A stretch of DNA of 64,000 nucleotides from Oikopleura dioica (GCA_907165135.1 OU015566.1:1488001-1552000); one strand, 5' to 3'; counted from the first letter of the stretch, positions 43,292-58,272 are shown. Numbers and translations are program-made. The notes: generated by a model from the letters alone, not told the origin.

Positions 43292-44390
43292 TCAGCATCC
43301 ACCTTCGTTGACAATACCATCACAGCAAGACTTCGCGTTCGCATCGTAAAGCAAAAACGGCTTTGACTCACCTCCGCAGCACTGCAAATCTGCTTGGTAA
43401 TCACGATTGCGAGTTCCTCGAGAAGCAGGGCAGTAGACACGGTCGTCAAAGCCACTTGGAGAATAGAAACTGTGGTTTTCTTCGTTGTAAAATTCGCGCT
43501 AGAACGGTTTTAAGGCCTTTTCTTTTTCGAAAACAAAATTTTGTTTTTGGAAAAATATGAGTCAACGCTCCACTTTCGTTAACCAAGTTTTCCCTCAAAA
43601 CAAACCTTATCAGCATGTTCCCGCGCAAATCGATGGTCGCACTCGCAAATTGCCCTGGCACACGTGCCCGGCTCATCTCCACATTTGTAGTTACCAAGTG
43701 CATCGACCGTTTCCGAGTAACGAACGAATTCGCCGCGACACTCGTCCCCGAATTGCATTCTCGTGCATTTCTGGCAATTCCGGTATTCTCGGCAAGTTCG
43801 GTCGAGTTTGTCCATTGGTGGCCCGCCGCCAGGGCTAAAAATATTAAAAAAAATAAAGCTTGAAAAAACTAACCCGCTCATCGGTCGATCACCAAAAAAC
43901 TGACAATTGCATCCGTAAGCAAAATACGTTCTCGTGTCAAAGTCCGGATTGTACCGGGTCATCAAGCCAAGAAGCTGACTCCATCTTCGTGGTCCGAGAA
44001 GACCGATCGACGCTAGAATAAAGGGTTATTATGCTGAAACGATATTTAAGAGAATAACAATTATTAATTTAAAAAAAATAATCAATAAAATTTTGTAGAA
44101 AAAAATTTCGGGACGAAAATTTTGAAAATTTCGACCTCGAAAATTAGGAGCCCAAAATAATTCGACAAATTTTGCGTGGGCGGCTATTCAGCTGATGATT
44201 GGCCGGTTAGGCGAATCCAGGCTTCTGATTTGTTGAAAATTTCAACGCAAAATTTGTCGAAATTTTTGTCTATTCCTGAAAAATCGGTATCTTTCTTACC
44301 AGTTTCAGTATCCGGCTCATCATCAAGTGAATCTCTTGGCCCCATGAGCATCTGTCCCACGGCTAAGGAGTTAATAAAAAATTTTATCAT
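43292..44390 (-). CDS. Secreted phospholipase A2-like fold protein with CC-motif tail (paralog of 18683-20138)
   Basis: YFAYGCNC...PMDKLDRTCREYRNCQKC; CARAICECD; LQCCGG...KSCCDG. Confidence 0.82.
44146..44279. mobile_element. CCAAT-box MITE, copy 3 (intronic)
   Basis: cgacaaattttgcgtgggcggct...gatgattggcc...cgcaaaatttgtcgaaattttt. Confidence 0.8.
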
Positions 44391-45184
44391 TCTTTTTTCA
44401 ACTTCCTTTTCCCAAAAAAAGAAACACGAAAATCTCTATTTTTCGAGTCGATAATTTCGACCCTTTTGTGGTTTCTTCGCTTTGTTCAAGGGTTTATCAT
44501 GATTGCTTAGAGGGCGCGAGTGATCAATGCAGTTTCTCATTACTAAACAATTTTGATGAATAAAAACATTCTTTCTTCGAGGACCGGAACGTGAGTTTTC
44601 GTTTGCTTTGGTCGAAAACAGAGCGGAGAGGATACAAAACAAGAAAGGAACATCTAATTATGAGCTTGGCGTGTACTTACGCCTTGTTCAACAAATTGGA
44701 CAAACAAGCTGAGTTTTCTTTATCGAGTTAGTTATTGAACAACCACATTGTAAAAATGTAAATTAGCCGCGTGTCCAAGCCGCAATTCTTTGAAAACTCA
44801 TTAAAAGAATGAACAAGCAAATGACTCAATTCGAGTCGAAAAACTTGAGGATCCAAATTTTGTCAGAGCAAATATGCATCTCACTGGAGAGTAGTGATCA
44901 TTGTTGACATAGAACTAGTCCTATTTGCAGTTTTTACGATCGGCCCATTCCAAACCAACTATCCAAGCAGCTTGCACACTTTCCAAAAGATCAAAAACTT
45001 ATCGAAGATTTTTTAATTATCAAAAATTTTTAAAAGAGAAAAAGTATCAAAATAGACCCTGAAATATGTCATCATCAGAGGAAAAAGTCAAAAACCTAAC
45101 CCCAACCCTAACCCTATTACTATCATAAGTTATGAATCATACTCCTAAAAATCCTAACCCCAACCCAAAAAATTTTTTGACTTT

Positions 45185-46270
45185 GACAAGATCGATGTTA
45201 ATGGAGAAATCGACTTGAACCTGAATGTTACTGGAAAAGGAGGAGGTCAAATTGCCGTCATTGTTATTGGCGTTTTAGTTGCTGTAATTTGTATTATGCT
45301 TATTTTATATTTTTCTTGCAGGTACTTACAGAATAATTTTTCAAAATCAAAAGCGCTTTAGAAATGGGTGTAAATGCTGCGACAACCTTTGCTGCAAAGG
45401 AAGATGCCATCATAATCAACAAAAAGCAAAGCAAAAAGAAGCTGATGTCGACGGGTTAAAAAGACACATAGAAGATTTACAGCGACACATTGGTAAGTGC
45501 TTACGATCGTTATGATCTATTAAATTTATTTTCCAGGACGTCTGGAGTACCAAGTTCAAACAACGCAACCAGCGCTAGAATATCCTCTCGCGGGTTCAGG
45601 ATTTCATCAGTTTCAGTCTCCGATGAGTTCTGCTGTCTACGCCGGTCAAAATCTTCAAGGGTTTCAGAACTTTACCCAGCCGCAAGGCCAGATGCAGATG
45701 CCTCAGAATGCTCAAAATGCTTATAGTAGTGAGTGCCAGCTTTTATTGTCGCGTATACTGAGTTTTATGTCTTCACTTTTTTCTTTTTTTTTTCAAAGAA
45801 AATCTAGTTGATTTTGCAGAGACCATAAACTAACATTCTAAAACATAGGTCTATATTTTTAAAAGGAAGTGTTGAGTGAGCTAATGATTTTAATCCCGTC
45901 ACGAGTTAAAGACCAGTGTCCACCATATAGTTCCACTAGTACTAAAACCTCTCCTATGAATCATAGCTATAGCTATGATCATATGATCATCATCAATAGA
46001 TTCTACCAAATTTTTTTGGCGTATTCAAATGCGACATCTTTAGGAACTTCGTCTCGAGCCGCTGGATCAGACAATTATCTTATTCAAACCCAACCCAAAA
46101 ACTCCAAGAAAAAAAGCTCCAAATCAAAACAATCAAAGAAAAAAGCCTCTACTCACCAAAACAACAGAATTGTCGAACTTCAATCATCAAATTCAACCTC
46201 CTACCCACCTCCTACAGTCAATATCAGAAGTAAGTCCCGTGATTCATCGCTTGATTCATGGGAAAGCTAA
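45185..46270 (+). CDS. Single-pass membrane protein with juxtamembrane Cys cluster and low-complexity tail, hypothetical
   Basis: IAVIVIGVLVAVICIMLILYFSC TM, then GCKCCDNLCCKGRC; Gln/Ser-rich exons. Start not resolved. Confidence 0.5.
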
Positions 46271-46613
46271 AGAGGGCAAATACCACAGATCAGCGATTTA
46301 CGCATTTTTAGTGGAGCCAGATCGCTTTGTTGAAGTGTAGCAGTGCTTGAAGAATACCTCCGTCTGAGTGTTTAAAGCTTAAACATGTACAAAAATTTTC
46401 GTTGCCTTTCTATTTCTGTTCTAAATAAAATGAACCCTCACCACTTCGGGATCATAAGCCAGATGCTACTTGATGAGGGAAAATAATCACCTAATCTTTG
46501 ACACGCTTTTTTTGTTAAGAAAATAAAACGGAAAGTCGATAATTTAGTCAGAATAAGAAATGCCAACGGTATAAAAACTCAAAAAAACGATGTTCTGGAA
46601 CCATTTCAAAAAA

Positions 46614-46824
46614 ATGAGAATTTGCATTCTTTTTATCTTTTCAAGCGTTCTTTCTTCAATAGACCCGGATTTGTAAGTCCATTTCATTATTTTTTCTATC
46701 ATTTTTTAGCTTGACCGACTTCAACAATAGTCTGAAAAAAGCGAGAGTTCGATACATCAAACGAATGCTGATGGAGCTAAATGGCTACACAGGAGATTAT
46801 GGACAACTAGACGGATATTTCTGA
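46614..46824 (+). CDS. Secreted micropeptide A (57 aa), 2 exons
   Basis: Intron 46673-46709 GT-AG; MRICILFIFSSVLSSIDPDFLTDFNNSLKKARVRYIKRMLMELNGYTGDYGQLDGYF. An in-frame upstream ATG exists at 46590. Confidence 0.85.
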
Positions 46825-47039
46825 AAAACATTTATTCTTCAAATAAATCCGTCAAAATTTGTTTTCGTCTCGAAACGTTTGACCTAGATAAAGAATGAGA
46901 AAAAGAACATCTCGCAAATTGCAAATTGAGCATATTTCCCGATCTCCTGACGATCATAAAACGATACTGAATAAGAGATGATACAGTATCATACTGTATA
47001 AATAGCAGAATGGACAGCCACTTCCAGTCGTTTCTCGAA

Positions 47040-47292
47040 ATGAAATTGAGTTTTCTTTTTCTTTTATCAGTAGCATTTGGCGGAGAAAACCCGGAAAAGT
47101 AAGCATTGGCAGCCATAAAAGTAATTTTATAGGGACCATAATATAATATAATCTGGTGTCGCAATTAATCTTTTTAGCATGATTGAATTCGAAGAACAAT
47201 TGAAAGAAGCAAAATTTCATTACATAAAGAGAATGCTGATGGAATCACTTGGCTTAAATGGTGATTTTGGAATTCTTGCTGGGAAATTCTGA
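47040..47292 (+). CDS. Secreted micropeptide B (57 aa), 2 exons
   Basis: Intron 47099-47177; MKLSFLFLLSVAFGGENPENMIEFEEQLKEAKFHYIKRMLMESLGLNGDFGILAGKF; AATAAA immediately after the stop. Confidence 0.88.
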
Positions 47293-47516
47293 ATAAAAGA
47301 AATTTTTTAAACAATTTTAATTATGTCTTGCTGCAAATTTGAAAAAAAAATCAATGATGTGATATTTTATTTACTATGTTTCTTTTCAATTCGATGCGGA
47401 AGAAGCACATTTCCAACTACCTTGTTAAATAAGAAAATTAATTAAAGATGAAAGCGAACGCTTCAAAATCACAGGTATAAACTTCAAGTAAGATGCTCCT
47501 TTGAGCATATTTAAAA

Positions 47517-47733
47517 ATGAATTTTACTCTATTTTTTATTTTCTCTGGTGGCATTTTCGCGAAATATTTGGATAAGTATACTTTAAATACTGACTTTATT
47601 TCTGAGTTTTTAAAGCATGGAGGAATTTGAATATCGACTGAAGGTGTCGAAATTTCACTACATCAAGAGAATGCTGCAAGAATCACTCGGTTACAATGGG
47701 GATTTTGGTATTCTCGCTGGACATTATTTATAA
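47517..47733 (+). CDS. Secreted micropeptide C (58 aa), 2 exons
   Basis: Intron 47576-47615; MNFTLFFIFSGGIFAKYLDNMEEFEYRLKVSKFHYIKRMLQESLGYNGDFGILAGHYL. Confidence 0.88.
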
Positions 47734-47946
47734 TTTTCCTCAAATTCATTGAAAATTTTTGAATAAAACAATAGTTCTAAATCTGGCAATATAAATTTAT
47801 AAGTGACTATCTCAAAAATAACAATAAAGCAAATTGGCAACTATTGACTACGAACAACAAACTCTTAAAAGTTATAAATAAAGAATGCTAGTCTTCTTAT
47901 AAGCCTTCAAACAAGAAAAAAAGCATTGAATATTTTAACATTCAGA

Positions 47947-48176
47947 ATGAAAGTTCACCTTTTTCTTTTTATTTCAAGCGCTTTTTCGGCTGTTCAAAAT
48001 GACAAGTAAGCTTTTTTTCTTTTTGTTTTATTTCTTTCTTTTTCTTAAAAAATTTAAGGTTCTATTACTCTTTCAAGAATAATTTGAAAGCAGTAAAGCT
48101 CTATCATTTGAGACGAATGATTATTGACAAACTTGACCGAAGTGGAGATTTTGGTCGTCTTGCAGGATATTTTTGA
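47947..48176 (+). CDS. Secreted micropeptide D (58 aa), 2 exons
   Basis: Intron 48006-48058; MKVHLFLFISSAFSAVQNDKFYYSFKNNLKAVKLYHLRRMIIDKLDRSGDFGRLAGYF; AATAAA immediately after the stop. Confidence 0.85.
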
Positions 48177-48268
48177 ATAAAACGAACCTTATTTTGTTGT
48201 TTTTTATTCACAAAAGCTATTTTTTGGCAGGAGCGTTAAAAATTGTTTGAAGAGGAAAAATGATCATT

Positions 48269-49955
48269 TCAAGTTTGAGGTCGAAGCTGTTGAAGTGTAA
48301 CTTTTGCCTTAGGTCGGCCATCGTTTCCTAGGTCGACGTCGATCATCGTATGCGTTGGGAATTTATGGATCGCTTTGACGGTGTATTCCAGGGAGTTAAG
48401 GCCGTCTTCGGACATTCTAGAAACAAATTGGAAGAGAATAAATAAGGAAGCGAACCTTGAAAGAGAATTTTTCAGGAGAGAAAATCTTTTAGGGTTCGGT
48501 TTATTTGATGATTCATGATCATGCTTGATCATTTTGAAACGAGCCGTTGTTGGTGGAGGACGGAGAATTTTCATGTTTGCGAAACGAATTCTTCACATGA
48601 GCTCTTTTTTTTCCTTTTTCGAAGATCTCCTAAGATATTGGGCTCATTCCTGTTAAACATATCATCATCTTCGCCTCCCCATCCCCAGAAGAGATTTGAA
48701 TAGCCGTTGAGTTGAATGTACTGGTCCGTCGTCATCGATGTTATTCCTCCGAAAATGGCCGCGTATAAAAGCTTGTATTTGAACTTGTCGATGGCAACGG
48801 AGATATGTCTCGGCATTTCGGGACAACGGTACAGGCATTTATCGTTTTCCAAGACTGAAGGTCAGGTTCAAACGCAGTTTTTCCGAAAAAAGCCTACCAA
48901 GATCGACATCATGAAAAACAAAGCATTGCCAGTCGTATTGCTTCATTGCCTCCACAAATCCAACATTGAGCAGTTTCGCACGATTGAAGGAATTATCATC
49001 GACTTGGTTGACGACAAAAATTTGGTAGTCCAGCTCTTGTCGCTGGAGAGTCTTGTGCATGTACATCAAAAAGTAGCGCAGGTGAATTTCTCGATTTCGA
49101 TAAGGAATGACGATCGCGACCCGATTTTTTGCCTTGCAATAGGCTGGGGACCAGTGGCCGCCGGACTTGAGAGCGGGGGAGTCGGTGGCGATCTCGCTGA
49201 AGGACTTTGGACCAGCGGTTTGATTCAGATCGACTTCGAGTTGACCCCGGAGTTTTGGAGGAGTCTCGAGACAGGATTGCCAATTTTCGGGGTAGTCATG
49301 TGTTCTGGAAGAAATTAACATGAATTTCTTTCGTTTGACTTACTTTTCGGGCTTCGGGAGGTGAAAAATATTGTTCGTTACATCTTCTAGAGCTGTGTCG
49401 ATGAGGTAGGAAGATATGGTGTCCTTGACCAATTCGTATTCCTCGGCGTCCTTGATTCCTTCATTTTTTGATTGGAGTTGCATCACAAATGTCTGGACAA
49501 CTTGTTTGATCACCTTGATTTTTAAACTAACGCTGATGTCTTGATGTAGTTGTGGTATTAGCAGTTCTTTTTATTTTTTACATGATAGGCTAAGATCATT
49601 ATAATCAATTGAATAAGATTTTTAAATCATCATATAAGTAATGGAAAAGAAACATTGTGGGTCTTCATATTAAATGTTTCTAGAAAAAAGGACTTGTTAA
49701 GATACCTGAATGCTCGCTAGCTTATTTTGATCTTCATTGATAAACTCCCAGACATCGCTTGAGAGCTCTTTGACCAGAGTTTTGTAGTAGTTCCCGTCAT
49801 ATGACGCATAAAATGGGATGGTATGGCCTTAATTTTCTCGATACGCCGATGATGAAGAATAAAGTACCTTTATGAAAAATGTACAAGAGCGGAAACTGAA
49901 AAAAGACCAAGACGTAAAAGATCTTTCCAATCGTCAGGTTTGCTGAATCCTTCAT
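48269..49955 (-). CDS. B4GALT-like: Beta-1,4-galactosyltransferase family (GT7) enzyme
   Basis: VAIVIPYRNR, FNRAKLLNVGF, FVFHDVDL, PRHISVAIDKF, FGG, YSNLFWGWGGEDDDMFNR. 5' exons approximate. Confidence 0.95.
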
Positions 49956-50039
49956 TTTTCAAGCATTCTAGAAAAAGGGCATGTGATTCGAAAGTTTTTA
50001 TATTTACAATTTTTATGTTACAGGTTTGAGTATACAGTG

Positions 50040-51984
50040 GTTATTGAGAAATTTAATTTAAATATTCTAAAGTTGATGATTTCAAGTCGTTTTTGACCTC
50101 CGAGCGAAGCAGCAGCAACAAAGTTGAAGAATCCTCCATTTTCGCATAATATAAATCAGGGTCAGGAACTAAAAAATCGGATAATTGAATTTTTAATTGA
50201 TAAGTTTTACCCAAATAAAAACGGCTGCGTCCCATAGAAGATCGACTTCTTGCCAGCAATGCATGTGTCCCTCGTCAATGTCATTGACAGGGTGACCCTT
50301 TAGCTCTTCCGGCTCATCGCAGATTATTTGATTCAGGACGGTCTAAAGTTCACATGAGAAAAAAAAAAGCGGCAAAGAACACTTACAGTCGCGGAATGAC
50401 GACCATCAAGAAAAGAGTTCAAAAAAACAACCATGTGACAACCGCAAGTCCAGGGATTCTTGTCGAGTTGGACGCTCAGATGGTCGGAGTTTTTGACCCA
50501 GTTTACGTGAGGGATTTTGAGATGATTGTTGTTCAAACTAGAAAAAAATTTTTTTCCTCGGATTGTTGTCCTTAATTTCTTACCTGAGCTGATGAAGCTT
50601 CTTGTTGTAGAGAAAAATTTCCGGATCAAGTTCTTCAATTTTATTTTTCGAGAAATCTAGCTCTTTCAAGTTGTGCAGTTTTGTGAAAGAAGCTGATTCG
50701 ACGCTTGAGATAGTGTTTTTAGCGAGATCGAGTTTTTCGAGATCGACGAGATCGTCAAAACGGTGATTGTTGATCGACTTGATTTTGTTGTTGCTCAGGT
50801 CGAGTTCTTTTAGGTTTTTTAGGCCATCGAATGATTCTGGCTCTAGGATCGTTATTCTGTTTTCATCCAAATGCAATCTCCTCAAAGTCGAAATCGAGGT
50901 CATCCCTTTTGTCTTCACCAAAACAATCTGATTTGCCGACAAACTCAGCGTCGAAAGGCTCTTGAGTCCATTCAGTACTTCTGGCGGCGGAATCATCGCC
51001 AGGGAGTTGTTCGTGAGCGTCAAAACTTCGAGCTTCGAGGATCGCTCGAAGACGTTGCTTGGAAAGGAATTGTCGGTGAGCTTGTTTGAGTCGAGTTTGA
51101 GCGTGTTCGCGGCGGAGAGAGGCTTGAAGGCGTCTTCGTGGATGAGCTTGATCAAGTTGGAGGATAGATCGAGAATCACACAGCTGAAAATCGAGCATTG
51201 AGGAATTCTAGAGGAGATCAATCGTACCTAGAAAGATGGGCAAGAACACGAGCCCCGATCGCCTTGATCTGATTCCCTTCCAAATTCAAGAATCGAAGCT
51301 GATTGAGGCCCGAAAATGCGTCGCCAGCAATCATCGAAATATTATTATGCGCAAGATGGAGCCATTCTAGCTGTGAATTTTCATAAAGCGCTTTTTGACG
51401 AATCATTTGGATTTTGTTGTGGTCGAGGAAAAGCTCTTTTAGTTGCTGGACGAAAAACTGGATGAAGGGTTTTTTGAATGGTTTACCTTGGCGCTAGAAA
51501 TTCCGTTTGTTGGGACTCTGGTCAGCTGATTGTTTGAAAACGTCAATGTCTTTAACTTCTTCTGGTCCGCAAATGCCCCGTCAGCGATATCTACTAGCTG
51601 GTTGTTTCGGAAGTTGACCATGAGAAGATTATTTTTTGAGGGAAAGGCATTTTTCGGAATTCGCGTTAGCTGATTTTCGGATAGAGTCAGATCTTGTACG
51701 AACCATGGGAGATTTTCTGGTACTGCATCTTAATTTTTAATTGCTTTAGTAATAAATTATCTTTTTTGTTTTATTTTCTTCAATTTTTCAAATCTTAAAA
51801 AGGCCAAATTTCTAATAAAAATTTCTGTATTATGATTTTTCCTTTCGAACTTCACAAATAGTCCCGTTTTACCTAATTCTTGATTGCCACAATTCGCCGT
51901 TTTATCATGATCATCGCAGGAACAAACAAGTGGGCACTGGCCATTTACAGTAATAAATAAGCAAGTTATAAAAAATATCATCAT
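50040..51984 (-). CDS. Extracellular leucine-rich repeat protein (LRRNT, many typical LRRs, LRRCT)
   Basis: Signal plus QCPLVCSC; repeats such as LKNLKELDLSNNKIKSI; NPWTCGC. 3' end uncertain. Confidence 0.9.
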
Positions 51985-52259
51985 TTTCAGTCGTCTCTAC
52001 GTTGCTTCTTGATCTTGATTTGTTTTCTCTAAAAGTACCATTTCCCAGATTTACTGGAAGAATCGAATTTCTCCGGGAAAAAAGTGCAGCGCACTTGCCG
52101 CCCCAGGGCACGTTCGAAGACCCAATCGCGCATGAAAATAAGGGATGAAGAAAATACAAAGGTCAATTGAAAATTTTAAGGGAAGTGTTTATTTTTGAAA
52201 GAATTGTCATTTCTTTTTTGATTCAGGAGGAAAGTTTTCGTCTAGCGGTGAAATATTTT

Positions 52260-54904
52260 CTAGTTGCAGTTCATTTGGTAGCTGCCGTCGATGATTCCGT
52301 TGAGTTTTTCTTCGGTGAGCCAGATTTCTCGGTCGAAACCGCTGCATCGGATGCTGTTGCATGGCATCCAATAGTAGAGGTTGTCCGAGTTGTTTTTGAG
52401 ACACTTCAAGCTGAACTTGAACATTCCGCAGTCGGACTCGTAGCGGATAACTGACAGCTTGTCGAAGGTCTCAGCGTCTTAAAATAACAATAAGTAAAGA
52501 ATTCTCTCGCTTCCTTTTAACCTGTTGAAGCAGGGTAGAATTCTCTATCAGAGTCGTTCATTTCCGTCCAAGATCCAACAGCCCACATGTATTGCTCGAA
52601 TTTGCCGCCAATGATCGAATGGCAGAAATCCACACCACCTTCTGGCGGAACTGGTGGCAATGGAGCCTGAGGCTTGGTGCAAATAAAGGAGCATTCTTTG
52701 TCCGAATGACCGACGTCGATGTAGCCATGCTCGTGGCTGACGAAAGCGTTCAAATTCATGTTCCAGTTGCTCAATCCGGACATCTGAAGGAGAGTTAAGA
52801 AGGGGTCGTTTTGGGGGGGGGCTTACGTAAGAGCAGGCGTTGGAAACATCGAAATGCATCCAGAATTCATGACCAGTCACTTGTCCCATTCCGGAAATGA
52901 AGTCGAGGTGGTCTGATCCAGCGACTTGTCCGCCAATCGATTCACAAGCGATAGCAGCGGACTCGTATGGGACGGGGATTTGTGGAGGAGTGAAGCACCA
53001 GCCATCCTAAAAAATGTCAATTTGCCATCTTTTGATGTCAAAACTTACATTTGAGCAATCCCAGTCGAAATTTCCACCGATCGAGAATTCAATATTTGTG
53101 GTAAAGAAGACCTCAATATTCTGGCTGATGAAGACTGTGATCACATTTCCGAGGGAAGCGACCACATCAGCATCAACGAGGACAATTTGAGCGACGAAGT
53201 CGACGTCGAGCAACATTTCCGCGATGGAACTTGTGAAGAACTCAAAGACAGCTTCAAACTCGCCGTAGAAATCGTTCCAGTTGAACTCCATCGTCAGCTG
53301 AATGAGTATTTTCTCGATGACACCAGTGAAGCCGCAGCTCTGGATGAACTCGATCATGACGTTTTGGTAGGTGTTGACGTGGGTGATCAAGTTGATGTTG
53401 TAGTCGATGTTGACATCGATGTCGAGATTGAAGTCGGCAAAGTTGATCGTCGTCAAGTCGATGAAAAAGTTGCCGCTGTCGAAAACTGGGCAGAAAAGTT
53501 GCGAGTAGCTGATGCCGAAGGTAGCAGTGAACTGCTGAATGTACAGGACATTGTTGAGGGTTGTGGCGAAGAATGGACCGTAGCAGAGAGCAGAGAGTCT
53601 GTCCACGTGATCGCCTCCGTAGTTGGAAATGATGTAAGAGCAGAAGTTCTCCAAGTAGTTGGGGTAGCAGATCTGAGGAGATGGGGATCCGTAGCCGGAT
53701 TTAGGAGATTTCGGGGTGCCAGACTTTCCATAGCCAGATTTTCCCTTTCCACTCTTTCCGGATTTTCCAGTTCCGGATCGGCTAAATCGAGGCTGGGGAG
53801 AGTCGATTTCTCTTCGTCTTCGGCCAGATTTTCCTTTTCCGGACTTTGGTGTTTTCGTTTTTCCAGATTTTGGCGTCTTTGTTTTTGGGGTTTTTGTCTT
53901 GGGAGTTTTGGTCTTGGGTGTTTTTGTCTTTGGTGTCTTGGTTTTTGGCGTCTTCGTTTTTGGTGTTTTGGTTTTAGGGGTCTTTGTTTTTGGGGTCTTG
54001 GTCTTAGGAGTTTTGGTTTTTGGGGTTTTTGTTTTAGGGGTTTTGGTCTTGGGGGTCTTCGTCTTAGGCGTCTTTGGAGTCTTGGGAGTCCATGGAGAAG
54101 GTGGTGTTGGTGTGTCGCAGTGGTTTCCCAATCCGGACCAGGTCCAGTCAAATCCAGAAATGAGCGTCGCATCAAATCCAAAGAAGGTCAGGTAGGATTC
54201 GAACTGCGCGACCAAGCAGGTAACTAAATGACTCTTGAACGCAAATCATCACTGCTGACAGGTAATGATCATTAACTGATTTTATGCTCCCGGGTAATGT
54301 CCTGGGTGTGAGCTCCCAATAAATCGTTAGAAAAATGAAAATTCAGCAACTAATTGGCTTTCATCATTTTTATTTTATTGTTATTTTACCGCTAGCTTTT
54401 CTCTCTCACCAATGTGGCCTTGACATTTTTATGATGTTAAACTCAAAAGTCGCTGATTATCCTGCAATCAATCAATTTTCGAATATCAAGAAGCCGCAGT
54501 CGAAATGTTAAGTCGGTTCAATAAGCGTCCAATTATGTCGAGCAAAAATTCCCTCCTCGTAAAGACTTACTTTCACCAGCAGGAGAACAGTCAGCTTCAG
54601 GAATACAGACCCCAGCCCGAGTCTGAATATAACCATCATCACAGAAGCACCCTCTGTAGCAATCAGAAGACATTTCCATATGCTCCATTCCACCGCAGAT
54701 TTCACGGTCAGTGCCGCATTCCTGGTAGCTAGAATTTTCTAGACAGGTGACCTCGTCGACGAGGGACCATTCCCAGGCCTCGGCAACGGCGACTTTTCAA
54801 AATGTTCATAAAAAATTTTTTTGGGAAATCTTTTCTTTAACCAAATTTGAAGGCAAATTTGTCTCTAGAACATTTCCTGAGCCGGCCAAATAAGTCAGCT
54901 TCAT
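52260..54904 (-). CDS. Secreted mosaic protein: TIL domain, (KTKTP)n/KSGK basic repeats, RRRR site, helical domain, lectin-like and Cys-rich domains
   Basis: Signal MKLTYLAGSVAVAEA (GA-AG intron 54793-54876); CLENSSYQECG...CYRGCFCDDGY...CIPEADC; in-phase splice into ORF 53007-54215; DGWCF...YESAAIACESIGG...FWM. Confidence 0.75.
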
Positions 54905-55330
54905 CTCTTTTTAAAAATCCCCCGACCTGTTCTGCAGCAAGTCAGAAACAGATCTGCTCCGTCAAGTCTTGACCTAGTCGGCTGACGGCAATCGTAAAAC
55001 TTAACTATCGAGAAAAACCGAAGCTATACTAAGTAGGGGCATAAAATTCGATCTTGGGCGAGTCGGGTTTATTCGAGTTAAAAAATGGATGCGTCGGAAG
55101 AATTTCGATGATTGGACGTTTTTGGACTTGGTTTTCAATGAAATCAAGGAAGACAATTGCGGAAGTAATTTTTACTTTCATCTGAGCAATTTCCTGATCA
55201 ACAGAGCTCATCAAAAACAAAGAAATTTCAGATTCGTGGTCGAAACGATCAGACAAAATCTTTATTCAATTCAAAAAAATCAATTCAAACAGACATCAAA
55301 AAACACAAATCAGCAGTTAAATTCTCACAA

Positions 55331-57308
<1,978 letters not shown>

Positions 57309-57994
57309 TTTTTGAGTAATTCAGTTATTTCCGCTTTGAAGTTGTCTTTCTTTTTTTTTTCTCAGGAAAATAGGCGTGGCGAGGTGAACGAGACACCAAA
57401 GCGTTTTTGAGAGCAGGAGTAATGGGAGTGTCGTAAAAAGAGACGCAATGAATTTCGAAAATCAAAGAAAAAGGGTCAGAAACGAGCGACTTTTGCTCTC
57501 GAAAGTGAGTTCATTCAGGGCTACAGTTATACTGGAACAGTATTCCGAAAACGAATTTGCTTTTGGTACAAACCAAAAATGCAATATGCAGTGGCTTGAT
57601 AATGACAGTATCTGATCGAATAGTGAATCGAAAATGAGATAAGTAATCTCAGAATACCGTCTCTTCTGTTTTGCAATGAGAAAAATATCGTTGTTGAATA
57701 ATTGATTTTGTTGAAAGATTGCGCCCGCTTGAAGCTTCTGACACCACCAAGTGCCGATGGAACCTTTTAAAGAGGGGGGATGGAAGAAGTGCATTGCTAA
57801 AAGAGTCTATTTTTGAGCAAAGAAGAAAAAACTGATGAGAATTTTGAAGATTGGATTGATCCTACAAACTGTTTCCTCGCTTCCAGCTTCGTTTAATCCC
57901 TTCAACTAGTGAGTAATCAAATATTGACTTGATAGGCTTAAAAAAGATATACGAGTTTCTTATTGGCTGAGACGGCCCATGAATCGTAATTTAA

Positions 57995-58272
57995 CCTTAC
58001 GCCGCCAATTAAAATTTCACCCCCCGCCGCCAAATGTGCCATATATGGCACATCATCTTTTCCGTCGTCCTAGGCCCCATATAATGGCCGAACCCGAACC
58101 TTAGCCAAGATCCGAACTCGAACCAGAACCCGAGCTCAAAAATGAACCCAAACCCAAGCCCAGACTATTGCCCGAAAATGAGTAAAAATGGAAGAACCCG
58201 AAATGATGACGGAGAAGAAAATGTGTTTTGGAAAGCCCTTGTGCCATATATGGCACATTTGGCGGCGTAGGG
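57995..58272. mobile_element. piggyBac-like MITE (278 bp)
   Basis: TTAA at 57991-57994 and 58273-58276; termini cc(t/c)tacgccgccaa; two copies of the palindrome tgtgccatatatggcaca. Confidence 0.8.

Noticed and set aside
53187-54227. 346 aa plus-strand ORF
   Set aside because: Antisense shadow of the minus-strand coding exon; no independent motifs.
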